Positions 53,016 through 64,000 of a stretch of 64,000 nucleotides of DNA are shown here, one piece after another. Each line of letters begins with the position of its first letter. Position 1 is the first letter of the stretch. Source of the DNA: Felis catus (Eukaryota). The translations under genes and the position numbers were made by a program. The notes under the pieces are model-generated. The model saw only the letters and a list, made by a program, of their open reading frames with translations. It was not told the DNA's origin and did not search any database. Location of the stretch: assembly GCF_018350175.1 (NCBI RefSeq), contig NC_058382.1, positions 61,692,001 to 61,756,000 of the forward strand, in the 5' to 3' direction.

Positions 53016-54761
53016 AATCATTTACACAGATAGCCGTGTGGAAGGTATTCCGTTGCTAATCCGCCTTCTCAAAGACAGGGATTTTGTCTGTAAACTTCAG
53101 ACCCAGAAAATTGACTGTTCTGTCAACGTGAGATAATTATCTGTCCTCCCTGAAGCAGAGTGCTGTTTCTCTGGAGCCCCACCTAGCTGTGTGCCTGCGC
53201 TGGATGCCGTGTGCACAGTGAGCTAGAGGCCCCCAGAGGAGACCGCCAGGAGCCTCGTGCAGACGCACAGGAACAGAGGTGGGGCAGTGTGGCACTGTGT
53301 CCAGAAGGGACCGGTGGGGCCCTGACTAGAGAAGCCTCCAGGCCTCCCTCTCCTCTGCTGTGGCGCAGGGGGCAGGGCTCACAGGCTCGCTGGGCAGTGC
53401 TCTTGCAGAGCATGGGACGGGGGCTTGCAGCATGAGAGAAGGAAGCTAGTTCTGAAAGCCTCAGTCTCCTCCCTGTGCCTTCACAGTGGGAGACCGAACA
53501 TTCACGCAGCCTTGTGCCCACTGGGAAGAAACATCACCACGTAGACCCCCTTCCGCTTCTGCACAGGGCACACACTGTCTCTTGTTTCAATGCTTCTCAA
53601 GGGTGTCTAGGTCCCTGGAAAATCTCTCAGGACTGCATTGTGGGATCACCTTGCGAAGCTCAGAGTCCTCAGGCAGTGGCACCTGCCCTTCCACGCATGC
53701 CGTGCTGCCTGTGATGCTTGAGCCCTGCATGCTGCCCACATCCAGGAAGTTTGAGGATTTTGCCCAGACCAGGTTGGGGAGGGGAGCAGCACCACGATGC
53801 CATTTGGCCTGGGCCCTGGAGACACCCCCCACACCCCCACCTCACCATCTGCATGTTCTGTGGGATGTTGGTATAGGGGGCATTCTGGCTCTGGGTGACA
53901 CACCCCAGGACAGTAGAGAGCAGGGTCTGGCTTAGGCTGGGGCCTGACCCCGAGTCCAGGCAGTGCAGAGCCTTGCCCAAGGGGCTGCATGAACCCCTCA
54001 GTCTTCTCCTCATGGGGACAGCAGGCATTTATTTCTGCACCTCCTCTACCCTCAGTGAGTAGTGAGCCCAAGTTCAAGATGCCCACAGATCAGGTGTCTG
54101 TGAGAGCGTGTTTCCTGGCTCCCAGACAGCACCTCTTTGCTGTGTCCTCACTTGGTGGAGAGGTGAGCAAGCTTTGTGGGGTCTCTTGTAAGGGCTCCAC
54201 TCCCATCCATGGAGGATCCATCCTCCTCAACTAAGCACCTCCCACAGGCCCCTCTCCTAACACCATCATCTTGGGTGCTGGGATTCTAACACGAGCTTGG
54301 GGGGCACATGACCATTCAGACCATAGAGGTATGGCATCTCCAGCCTCACTCCCAGCTGTCTCATGAAGGGGTCTCCACCTTCCACAGACACTGCCTTCGG
54401 AAGTCCCAGATGAACCTGTCCTCTGTTCCCTGCAGTCATGTCTTCAAAGCCACAACCTTCCTCATAGCCTCTCTGTTGGGGGTCAAGCTGCTGCATTGGC
54501 ATATATTTCGGGTACAATGTAGGCCAGGCGTTCATCTGAGCACTCAGGGCTGTGCAGGTATGCTGTGACCAGGAACCCTTGTCCCCATGCCTGAGTGATG
54601 GAGCCAGTGTGTGCCATTTGCCCCGGGCCCTTCCGGTTGTGGGACTTCTGCTCAGACTTGAGCTCTGGTCCCCATAAGCAGGAAAGGCTAATGTGACAGA
54701 GTGAGACTGGGCATGTTAATGTTTGCACCCCTGGATTCAGGTAATGTGCTCCTCTGTCTCA

Positions 54762-54794
<33 letters not shown>

Positions 54795-57700
54795 CTTCTC
54801 ACTGTGCCATTCAAATTTACTTAAAGAGCCTTGTGATTCCAGCATACTAGTTTGGTCGATGAGCCTTTGTGGTCCATGACCTCTGGGGTAGCTTGTCCGG
54901 CAATGCACCTGGAGGAGACAAAGCGGTGTCTTCACCACCTCCTCCAGCTGCAGCTCCTCCCGGTGCTCCAGAGGTGGAAGGAGACTTCCTGCCTGCCTTC
55001 GAAGGACCGTGCAATTATGGAGGCAACAGTCCCCAGAAAACAAACCCTGTGTTCTCCTTCTGTGAGTCGGACACAAGGTCTGGGCTGGCCCAGAAACAAC
55101 TGTTCCTCAGGGTCATCAACCTCAGGAGACTAAATGTCACCTGGCATGTAGGGCTGTAGCCTCTGTAAGATCAAACATTTTGGGTAACAAGAGTTTGGCA
55201 CAGCCAGTTGGTCACATATGTGCATGTGACCATGTGACATGTTTGTGGATAACCCAGACATCCTGAGGCCCTAAGTAGCCACACGACGTCCAGACAGTCA
55301 CCGTGATGGCATGACTTTGCATGCAGGTGCAGTCCTCAGGCACCGCCTCCTGACTGCTTGCTCTCTTCTCTGCTGTGGTCTAAAAAGTGAAGCTGCAGGA
55401 TGGCTGGAACATAGACCATGGAAGGTAGGAGGTGGTTGCTCTTGAGGAGAGGCATGCTGGCCGCAGTGACACGAGCAAGAGATGGGGAAACTGTGAGCAG
55501 CAGATCCAAGAAATAAAAAAGCCAGTAGATGGGTAAGGGGGTGTCAGGGCTGCTTCCTTGGGAACCTCATTGCTTTACTGTTCAATGAGCCATGGCTTGG
55601 CCTTCCAGACGTGTGTGCCAAAGCCCCAGTGGGACCTGGGATTGCCCAGGCATCTCTACCGTGTGCTCATCAGCCATAACTCAAGCTTGTGTCCTTCTCA
55701 CCTTCAGAGGATCAAGGGTATCGGTGGTCCTTGCAAAGTACATCCTATGTTTTCACAAGTGTGCAAACATCACAGTTTGCCAGGGAGTGACACTGGGGAC
55801 CTGGATTCCTGATGCAGTACTTTCTGACTTCAAGATGTCTATTCATTGGCAACCTGGTGAATTTTGTAAATAGGGCCCATGTTTGTTAATTCAGCTGCAT
55901 CGAAGTTAATAGGATCAAATAAGGTCCTTTCATAATACGTTAGTTGACATCAAATCCAATGAGATACTTCTGAAAATCTGAGTTGACCGAGAAGGCTTTT
56001 CCAGAAAACGAGCCCTGACTCATGAAGCAGCAACTCAAAGATTTGTCTTGTAGTTGAGACCCTTCCTATAAGCTCCCCTCCCATGGCTTGTGTCAGGTCT
56101 CCTGCCGCTGCCAAGCGGGGATCAGCCCCAGGGCTGGCCTCCTGTCCATGACATTGTACTCGGCCTCAGCACAAGCAGATGGACTGCTGGCATGGAGTCT
56201 GGAACCGGGAACTAACAGAATCTGATCCCAGATGTAATTTCTAAGGGGATCCAGGGTGCAGAGCAGAGCCACAAGTTACACGGGGCTGGTGTAGAGAGAT
56301 GTCCATGGTTTTGGAACAACCCCTGGACACCCTGATTCCACCTCCTCCTGCCACCAGCAGATACTGAGAAATTCCATTCCAGGTCAGTGAGGGACATCTG
56401 CTCAGGGACGTGGAGGGCAGCAAGTTGTCCCCAGCTCTGACTGCTCCCCACTGTGGGCCCATCCATGGCAGCATCAAGGCATCTTTGGCCTCAACCACTG
56501 TTTCAGGAAAACGCTTGAAAAAGTCAATCTCAGCATTTATTTCCAGGGTTCCAAACCACATCTGAGGAAGGAAAGATCGGCAACAATGCAAAGAGAGCCT
56601 CTCAGCCCAGCCCTGCTCACCAGCCCTGAGGTCCAGGGGTCCAAGGGTCCAGAGGGAAGGACTCATGGGGTTGAGTAAGACAGTCTCCTCAGCATTGACT
56701 CCACAGGGGTGTCACTTTCTTGGCTTATCTCCCTCTAGCCCGCAGATATCCAACAGAATATGTGGGCTTTCTGGAAACTTGAGGGCTGTAGTGGGTGGTG
56801 GGGGCATTCTAGGCCCGTGTTTTTGAGGAAAGATGCCGCATGGTTAAGATCCCAGGCCTGGGTGCTCTGGGGATGGGCAAGCTGTAGGTGTGTTCAGAGG
56901 TCATGGCAATGCTCAGGGCTGTGTGGTCAGTGGTGGGCCTGGGTTCAGTGGGCCCCCTGCAATGCCCTTCCTGCACAGAGTGGGGCTTTTCTGTCTCTGT
57001 AACCCCAGTGACTGGCTGGGGCCTGTGCCAAGGTAGGCACTTAGGAGGTGTTAAAAATAGGATATTAGAACTAGTCCAGCCCAGTACGCTGCTCCCGCCT
57101 ACCCAAGCCGCTCTGGTATCTCCCTTGATGCCTGCTTGGCATGATGTATCTGGAGGACCAGTGCCTGGGCAAAAGCTGTGCCCATTGGTGGTCAACAAGA
57201 ATTCCTTGAATGCCTGATGTGTTAAGGAACTTGTCTGATCACAATGTGAAGGGTGAGGAGACAGTTGTTGGGGTGGGGGGTGGGTCAGAGTGAGTAGGGG
57301 AAGGGATCGGATTCAATGGCTGGAATCCCCCAAGACTCTGATACTTGGAGGGGCCCAGAGATGGTGTTCATGGGTAAGGCGTGCACCTTCCCTCCCAGCC
57401 CATTTTATCCCTCTCTGACCCACCTCTCAGAAGTCTTCATGGGAGGGCCCCCTTGTAGGTAACCTCTGATGTGTCTGATGACCAAAGTGTCACCCGGATC
57501 ACATACTTGAGCAAGCGGTGTCCTATGAGGATTCTGACCCTAAACCATGAAATGCATGTGCAAACTTGGAACACCCCTCTCCAGGATAACATCCTCAGTC
57601 AGGACTGAGAGAAGGAGCCCCCTGGCACGGAAGTGGGTGCTTGGTCCTCATGCTCTCAGAACAGGGCCTTTCCCACGTGCGAGGGAGGCACTTGGTATGT

Positions 57701-58039
57701 TGTCCATCACTTCCCCGCTCTCTGGTCCTTGCCTCTCTCCACAGGGGCCCTTGCAGGAAAAGCTTCTTAGGGTTCATCCCTTTCAATTTCCCTCTTCCTT
57801 CCCTCATTGAGGAAAGTTCTGAAGCACATTCTCTTGTTCCTTTGTAAAATCATTGTTTCAGAGTTGGAAACATCACCAGGAGACAGCTGAGTCCAGTGTT
57901 GTCTTTGCTGATACTTAATCAGGGGAGCTCAAGAGGCAATCAGAACCACTGCAGGTCCCGCCAATGTCTTCACTGGAATGAATACCACCATCAGAACATC
58001 AGGACTCATTGATTTCAGGACAGCCCTGCCCTCCGTACT

Positions 58040-58740
58040 GGTGCTCCTCCTTCCTCTTAACTGTTGTGGGTTTTTAGTTAGTTGTTGTGTGGTGTGAAAG
58101 ATAGGGGTCTGGTGTTATGCTTGGGGCTGTCCAGTTTTCCCAGCACCACTCATTGAAGAGACTGTCTTTTCACCATTGTGTATTATTGGTTCTTTTTGGG
58201 GGAATTAATTGACCACATATGTGTGGATTTGCTTCTGGGCTCTGCATTCTGTTTCATTGGTTGTCTCTTAGCCCATAACATACTGTTGGTTACTGTAGCT
58301 TTGTAATATAGCTTCAGATCAGGGAATGTGATGCCTCCCAGTCGGTTCTTCTTTATACAGATACTTTGGCTATTTATGGTCCTCTGTGGTTTCATACACG
58401 TTTTAGGATTTTTCTAGTTCTGTGCAAAATGGTACTAGAATGTTGATCAGGAGGGATTACATTGCATCTGTACATCACTTTGGGTAAAATGACAATTCTA
58501 TAATATTCATTTTTATAATCCAGGAACACATAACATCTTTCCATTTCTTCATCTATGTCTTACCATTTTCATGGTATACGTTTTTCATGTCTGTGGTAAA
58601 GTTTTTTCCTAACTGTTTTCTTAACTTCTTTTGATGGTTCATTATGAGTTTGTCCAATGTAATGATTTTTGTATCTTGATTTTGTATACTACAATTTCAC
58701 TGAGTTTGTTTATTTGTTTTAACTTTTTTTTTTTTTTTTT
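58040..58740 (-). mobile_element. L1 ORF2 3' fragment
   Basis: GGITFPDLKLYYKATV peptide at 58183-58395. Confidence 0.85.
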
Positions 58741-59589
58741 GGTGGAGTGATGTGGTGGAAGATGGGAACTCAAAATGGCATGTTTCTACCATAACCTAGG
58801 TCATTCACAACATCCACAGTATAGTGGCCACTAATATCATTCTACCACGGTGTCCTTTAGTAATATGTTGCATCTTGTGAACTGTGTCCAGGTAGGGTTT
58901 GGCCTCCATCATGAAATTTGATGTGTTCTACACTTTTCTGGTATGTTACTAATATACCAGATTAATACACCAGTTGTTTTGAGAAGTAGTGTAGTTTCCA
59001 TGAGTTTCCAACATATAGAAAGTCTGTCATAGCAGTAGAAATACTCTTTATCTCTACACTCAGCTTCACCAGCTGTCTTTTTACACAGTTGCCACTTCTT
59101 ATGACATACTTCTTTGTTTTTTACTCAAAACAGGACACCTTCCCCGGGAACTGTCATAGAACTCCCAAACAGGGACATCATTATGGTTTCTTCATTGTAA
59201 TCTAATCCAGAGGCAACTTCAACTGTCATCACCTGCCCGAACTCTGTGACAATGACTCTTCCTGTTGTGACCCACTTTACTGTTCTTGAGACTTTCACTC
59301 ACTTCACAACCATGATGGATTTAAAGATCACAGAGGGCTCCAATCTGGGCAGGCTTTTCTGTGTGGCTTCTGTAATTTAGTACGTTTTCTATCTTCTTTC
59401 ACATCATGATATGTTTTAGTACTTCAGTCATGACTTTAATTGTGGTTCAATTTACAAATCATAATAGTAACCATTTAAAAGATTTTTTGTAAAGTTTTTT
59501 AAATGTTTATTTATTTTTGAGAGAGAGAGAATGAGTAGTGGAAGGGCAGAGAGAGAGAGAATCTGAAGCAGGCTTCAGGTTGGCTTTGT

Positions 59590-61243
59590 GAAACATGGAG
59601 CCATAAAGCCCCTTGGAAATGTTGGCCTGATACTTTGCTTACAGAGTTCCCAGCAGGCTCACCAGGTGAATAAAGAAGGTCACTTCCTGGCAGGGCAGGA
59701 ACCTCAGGATATCTTGGGGACCTCATGAAGAGGAATTCGCTCAATTCTACAGGTATTGCAGGCCTGTCTGATAGCAAGTATTTGGCTTGGCTTCTGGCCT
59801 GGAGAGGCTACTAAAAGTTCAACCCAGAGATTCCTTATAAAAGGTTCCAACAAAGCAAACTTTATTTTTATTTTTTTAAAATTTTTTTTCAACGTTTTTT
59901 ATTTATTTTTGGGACAGAGAGAGACAGAGCATGAACGGGGGAGGGGCAGAGAGAGAGGGAGACACAGAATCGGAAACAGGCTCCAGGCTCTGAGCCATCA
60001 GCCCAGAGCCTAATGCGGGGCTCGAACTCACGGACCACGAGATCTTGACCTGGCTGAAGTGCGCCACCCAGGCTCCCCTCAAAGCAAACTTTAAAAGATC
60101 CTCATGATCAGTCGCTATTCTTGCTGAGCTTATGTAAACAATTAGGCCAGATTTGTTAAGACTGGACTTGTTCTACAAATGCATTGGTCTCAATTTGGCT
60201 ATCTTTGGAAGGGGGGGGGGCATTTAGAGGGAAAACTATGTTTCAACAATGCACAGTTATGGATGTTAAATTGTAGTTCTGTTTGCCTTTAAATGTTTGT
60301 TGTTTGCCTAAACTAGACAACTTGAGGTAAACTTCAGAAAAATTGTCACAGTATTTCACATATAGACAATCTTCTGTGCTTGTTATTCTGTGGAGATAAT
60401 AATAAGACCCCATGGGCATATGATTATTTAAACAACTGGAAAACAGGATGAATCTCTAAATATGCAAACCATATCTTCTCTAAACCTGATCTGACAGTTC
60501 CCAGAAACCCGCCCCTTTTGAAGACTTGGAGGTGGACTTTACAGACATACAACCAAATAGAGGATTCAGTTTCAGGTATCAACCCATGGGTCCATCACTC
60601 CAGAGTTAAGAAGGCCAACTCAGAGGAACCCTCAACCTGGTGAAGTGATCCAGATCCAGTCAACCCGCTTAAATTGACCCTCAAAAAGACACTGGCCCCT
60701 GACATCTCCAGCCCTGCTCCAGCCACACCCCAGAAGCTGGCTGGCCTGCACATGGCAGAAGCTTGAGGAATCAATCTTGTGACCATTGGCCCCTGTAAAC
60801 TAAATACCCTGGTACGTTTTATTGAAAACACCGTTGCTCGCCAAACTGTAGCACGTATCTTAGCCTTCAGAGGGTACCAACCCCTAGAGCAAAAAGTGAT
60901 GCCTAATAAAAGATTTTTAAGAAGGCATTAAAGGGCAGAATGTTGGGAAAGTGAATAAAGTTTTACACCACAAGATGGCCGATGGGACTAAAACAAGCTC
61001 TGGTCTCTAGCTCGGAGACCCCGCTTCCGGGTTCTTCTTGCCCTGTTTGCTGGGGGCGCGAAAACCCGTCACAGATATGGAAGCTGACAACTATAAATTA
61101 CCCTTCCCCCCTTCATTCGGGGCTCAGATCTCTGGAGAAACAGTCTCCTCTGAGCCTGCCAGTGTCAAATAAATCTCCAATCCACCAAGATCTCCTAGTG
61201 CCGCTTGGTTTTTCTGCCAGCGTTCCAGCCTGGTTCTGTAACA
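59590..61243 (+). mobile_element. Internally deleted ERV1 (gamma-like) remnant with integrase fragments, PPT and 3' LTR (60941-61243); SINE insertion at ~59860-60078
   Basis: PFEDLEVDFTDIQPNRGF (~60515-60570) and GINPWVHHSRVKKA (~60575-60617); purine tract AAAGGGCAGAA then TGTT...AACA LTR containing AATAAA. Confidence 0.8.
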
Positions 61244-61249
61244 GCACCA

Positions 61250-62860
61250 GCCAGGAAGACACAGGAAAAGACAACAAAATAAGGTTCATGTTATAGGAAA
61301 GAGAAGCTAAACATAAAACAAAAACAAAAACAAAAAACTTTGGTAATTTTCCTTCAGTCCATTACTGTCATTTGAAGAGAGATTTGAGGTCTTCCACTGG
61401 TTCACAGGAATTAGAATGCGTGTCAGCTTGCATACTAGATTCCTGTGAGGAAGGTCCAGGTTTAATTCTTGATGTGTGAGTCCATGAAGAACGGCCTTCT
61501 AATTTTACTATAGTGGAAGTACATAATATAACCCAGTAAGGGCACCTTCCGTTTTGGAGTTAAAACCCCTGCTGTATTGGACTTCCAATCCTTTAAATAT
61601 ATCATGTCTCCTGCGTTTATATGGGGTGGGTTTCTGGTAACTGTCAGATCAGGATCAGGAAGGCTATGACTTGCATATTCATTTAGATATGTATCAATTA
61701 ACCTGGTCTCAAGTGAATAGTTAAATAAAGCACTATATTTATAGTTTGTATTTATATTTATAGTGTAGACTATTTATAGGTCTACAGTGAGAAAAGACTT
61801 TCCATATGAAACTATTGGAGGAGTCCATCCCATTTTTAGTTGTTTAAGCAATCATATGCCCATGAGGTCCTGTTACTATCTGCACAGAATAACAAGCAAG
61901 AAGGTTGTCCATACCTGTGCTATTGTGACAATTTTTTTTCAAGTTTATCTCAAGTTGTCCAGCTTAGGCAAGCAATATTTGTAGACTATCAGAACTAGAA
62001 TTTTACATCCACGAAGGTGCATTATTGAAACATAGTTTTTCTCTTTCAAAACCCTCATTTCCAGAAGAAGCCAAATCAAGACTAATTCACTTGTAAAACA
62101 AGTCCAGTTTTCACAAACTTGGCCTAATTATTTACATAAGCTCAGCAAGACTAGTGATTGATCATATAGATCTTTGAAAATTTGCTTTGCTGGAACCTCT
62201 TTCAGAAGGAACCTTTAGATTGAAATTCTAGTAGCCTCTCTAGGCCAGAAGCCAAGTCAAGTACTTGCCATCAGACCTGCCTGCAAAACCTGCAGCTTTG
62301 GGTAGATTCCTCTTCATGAGGTCCCCACAGTATCCTGAGGTTCCTGCGCCTGCCAGGAAGTGACTTCTTTACTCACCTGATAAGGCTGCTGGGAACTCTG
62401 TAAGCAAGGTATCAGGCCAACATTTCCAAGGGGCCTTATCGGCATCATGCTTCATAGTCAATCTTAGTTTCTTAACGATGTTACCATTCTGGCCAGGGTA
62501 CTAACTTCCAGCCATAGGGCAGGCTTTCTCCTCCCGGTAGAGTAGCCACAGTTGAGGGGATAGCAGCCTGAGTGATCAACATGAAAGTGTTGCAATAACA
62601 CCACACTTCTCAAAAGGCCCTGAAATGAGGGTAAAGGAAGGAAAGAGTATGGATCAAGTTTGCACCAGCCCAGAATCCAGATGAAAAGACTCATTGCCCC
62701 ACATCATGGGTGCCATATAAATGATAAAGTTTTTGGGGTGATAGTGGGGTTCGCAGGGTCTGGAACCCATGCCAAGAAAGAATTCTTGAAGACTTCTTTG
62801 GTGCAAAAAGGTGATTTTATTAAAGCACAGGGACAGGATCCGTGGGCAGGAAGAGCTGCC
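61250..62860 (-). mobile_element. Second ERV1 remnant in opposite orientation (integrase C-terminus, internal segment, partial 5' LTR)
   Basis: Minus peptide PYWVILCTSTIVKLEGRSSWTHTSRIK (~61461-61545); 62280-62445 is the reverse complement of 59600-59765. Confidence 0.75.
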
Positions 62861-63034
62861 CCTTGTGTTTGCATTTTAAATTTATCTAGTTTCCAGTGGA
62901 TTTTGGTGTAGGTTGTAAAGTTTGTGTGTACATTTCACTTCATATGGTTTCCAATTAATTCTTCCTTAACTATTTTTGGCGGAGTCGGGGGATAGTGGGC
63001 TCCACTTAATTTTCAATTTCCAAGACGTCATGGA

Positions 63035-64000
63035 TTCAGCGGGCGGCCAGGAGGGGGCGCTGCCTTCACGGACCTGCGAGCCCAGCGTGTCCTGCACTAC
63101 CGCCACCGCCTGCAGGGGGCGCCTGAGCCCCGCTCCCCGACGCCGGCGCCCGCACGCGCATTCAGCCCGCCTCCTGCGTGACAGGAGCTCCGCTTCCTCA
63201 GGACCCGCGCTGGGGGGGTATGCGGGGGGATGTGGGGCCGCGGCCGCAGGGACAGGAACCGGGTCTCCTGAGGACCCGCTGTGGGGGCTTCGGGAAGATG
63301 TGGGCCGCGTCTACACTGTCAGAAGCCCCGCCTCTTCAGGACCCGCTGTGGGGGATTCCAGAGGAGGTGGGGCCGCGTCCAAGAACACGGTCTCCTCAGG
63401 ACCCAATGTGGGGGGATTGAGGAGGACGTGGGGCGGCGTCCACGCCGACAAGAACCCGTCTCCTCAGGATCGCTGCAGGAGGAGCAGGAGGAGAAAGCGA
63501 GGCCGGGGGAGGAGGAGCTTCCGGAGCGGGGACGCTGAGGGGTTGGTGTTCAGGGGACCCGGAGGGGGAGGGGCCCGGCGCGGCATCGTGCGCGGTGACA
63601 CTGTGTCCCCGAGGCGCTGTGCGCGCGGCCGTCGGGTCTTCCCGCTTCGGGCTCCGGGGCCGCGGGGCCGCGCGTCCGTGTTCCTGCTCCGCGCCGACTC
63701 GGTTCCCGCAGCGTCCTCGCGCGGTTCGCGGTCCGGGAGCAGGTGCCCGGGCGGTGCTCGCGCTCCCGCCGCTCTGGTCGCGCGCGGGTCGGGGTGTCCG
63801 TCCCGTGTCTGCGACGGCGTCGTGGGGAATTCGGTGCGACGGCCCTGCATCTGCAGGTCGCCCCGGGCAGGACGGACGTGGTCACTGGGGTCGGTTCCTC
63901 CGCGTCCAGGGGCACAGAGTGGTGGCTTTGCATCCCTGTGCGACTTCCTCCGTTTCTGTCCCCAGTGTCCTGTCCGCAGAGAGCAGGCCTGTCGCCTCCT
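63035..64000. promoter_or_regulatory. CpG island with tandem CTCF motifs, continuing off the right edge
   Basis: Very high GC/CpG; CCAGGAGGGGGCGC 63047-63060 and CCTGCAGGGGGCGC 63109-63122. Confidence 0.8.
63175..63480 (+). repeat. GC-rich tandem repeat, ~5 copies of 60-71 bp
   Basis: AGGACCC/AGGATC anchors at 63200, 63271, 63338, 63398 and 63466; the first four are followed by a G-run and TGGG(G)CCGCG-like motifs. Confidence 0.85.

Noticed and set aside
54763..54793. Long C homopolymer (G4 candidate)
   Set aside because: Simple homopolymer whose length is unreliable in assemblies; no context suggesting function
54852..55159. Exon-like GC-rich ORFs, also 56241-56666 on minus
   Set aside because: Plausible splice signals but no recognisable protein family or consistent multi-exon model
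63178..63933. ORFs in the terminal CpG island
   Set aside because: Arg/Pro/Gly-rich frames expected from high GC content; no domain similarity

Overview
Mammalian (carnivore, very probably felid/cat, judged from Felis-type CAN-SINEs and L1) genomic DNA that looks subtelomeric. Main content: (1) a complete, apparently intact PRDM9 gene on the minus strand (10 coding exons, 34185->18630, ~883 aa: KRAB, SSXRD, Zn knuckle, PR/SET with the catalytic tyrosines, and an 84-bp minisatellite encoding 9 intact C2H2 fingers). The position matching the human start ATG reads ACG, and an in-frame ATG lies 19 codons upstream. (2) Directly downstream on the same strand is an intron-containing E-cadherin (CDH1)-like paralogue (exon 4-9 equivalents) that is pseudogenised: a templated +5 frameshift, a -1 exon, a GT>GC donor and a lost Ca2+ motif. 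The 5' half of a full-length L1 sits in its intron. (3) Upstream of PRDM9 is a repeat-rich stretch with a U6 retrocopy, an HNRNPA2B1 3'UTR retrocopy, two degenerate (TTAGGG)n tracts and oppositely oriented ERV1 remnants. The window ends in a CpG island with two CTCF motifs 62 bp apart and a ~65-bp tandem repeat. Most ORFs in the supplied track are spurious. Human exon sizes and reference sequences were compared from memory, not by database search.
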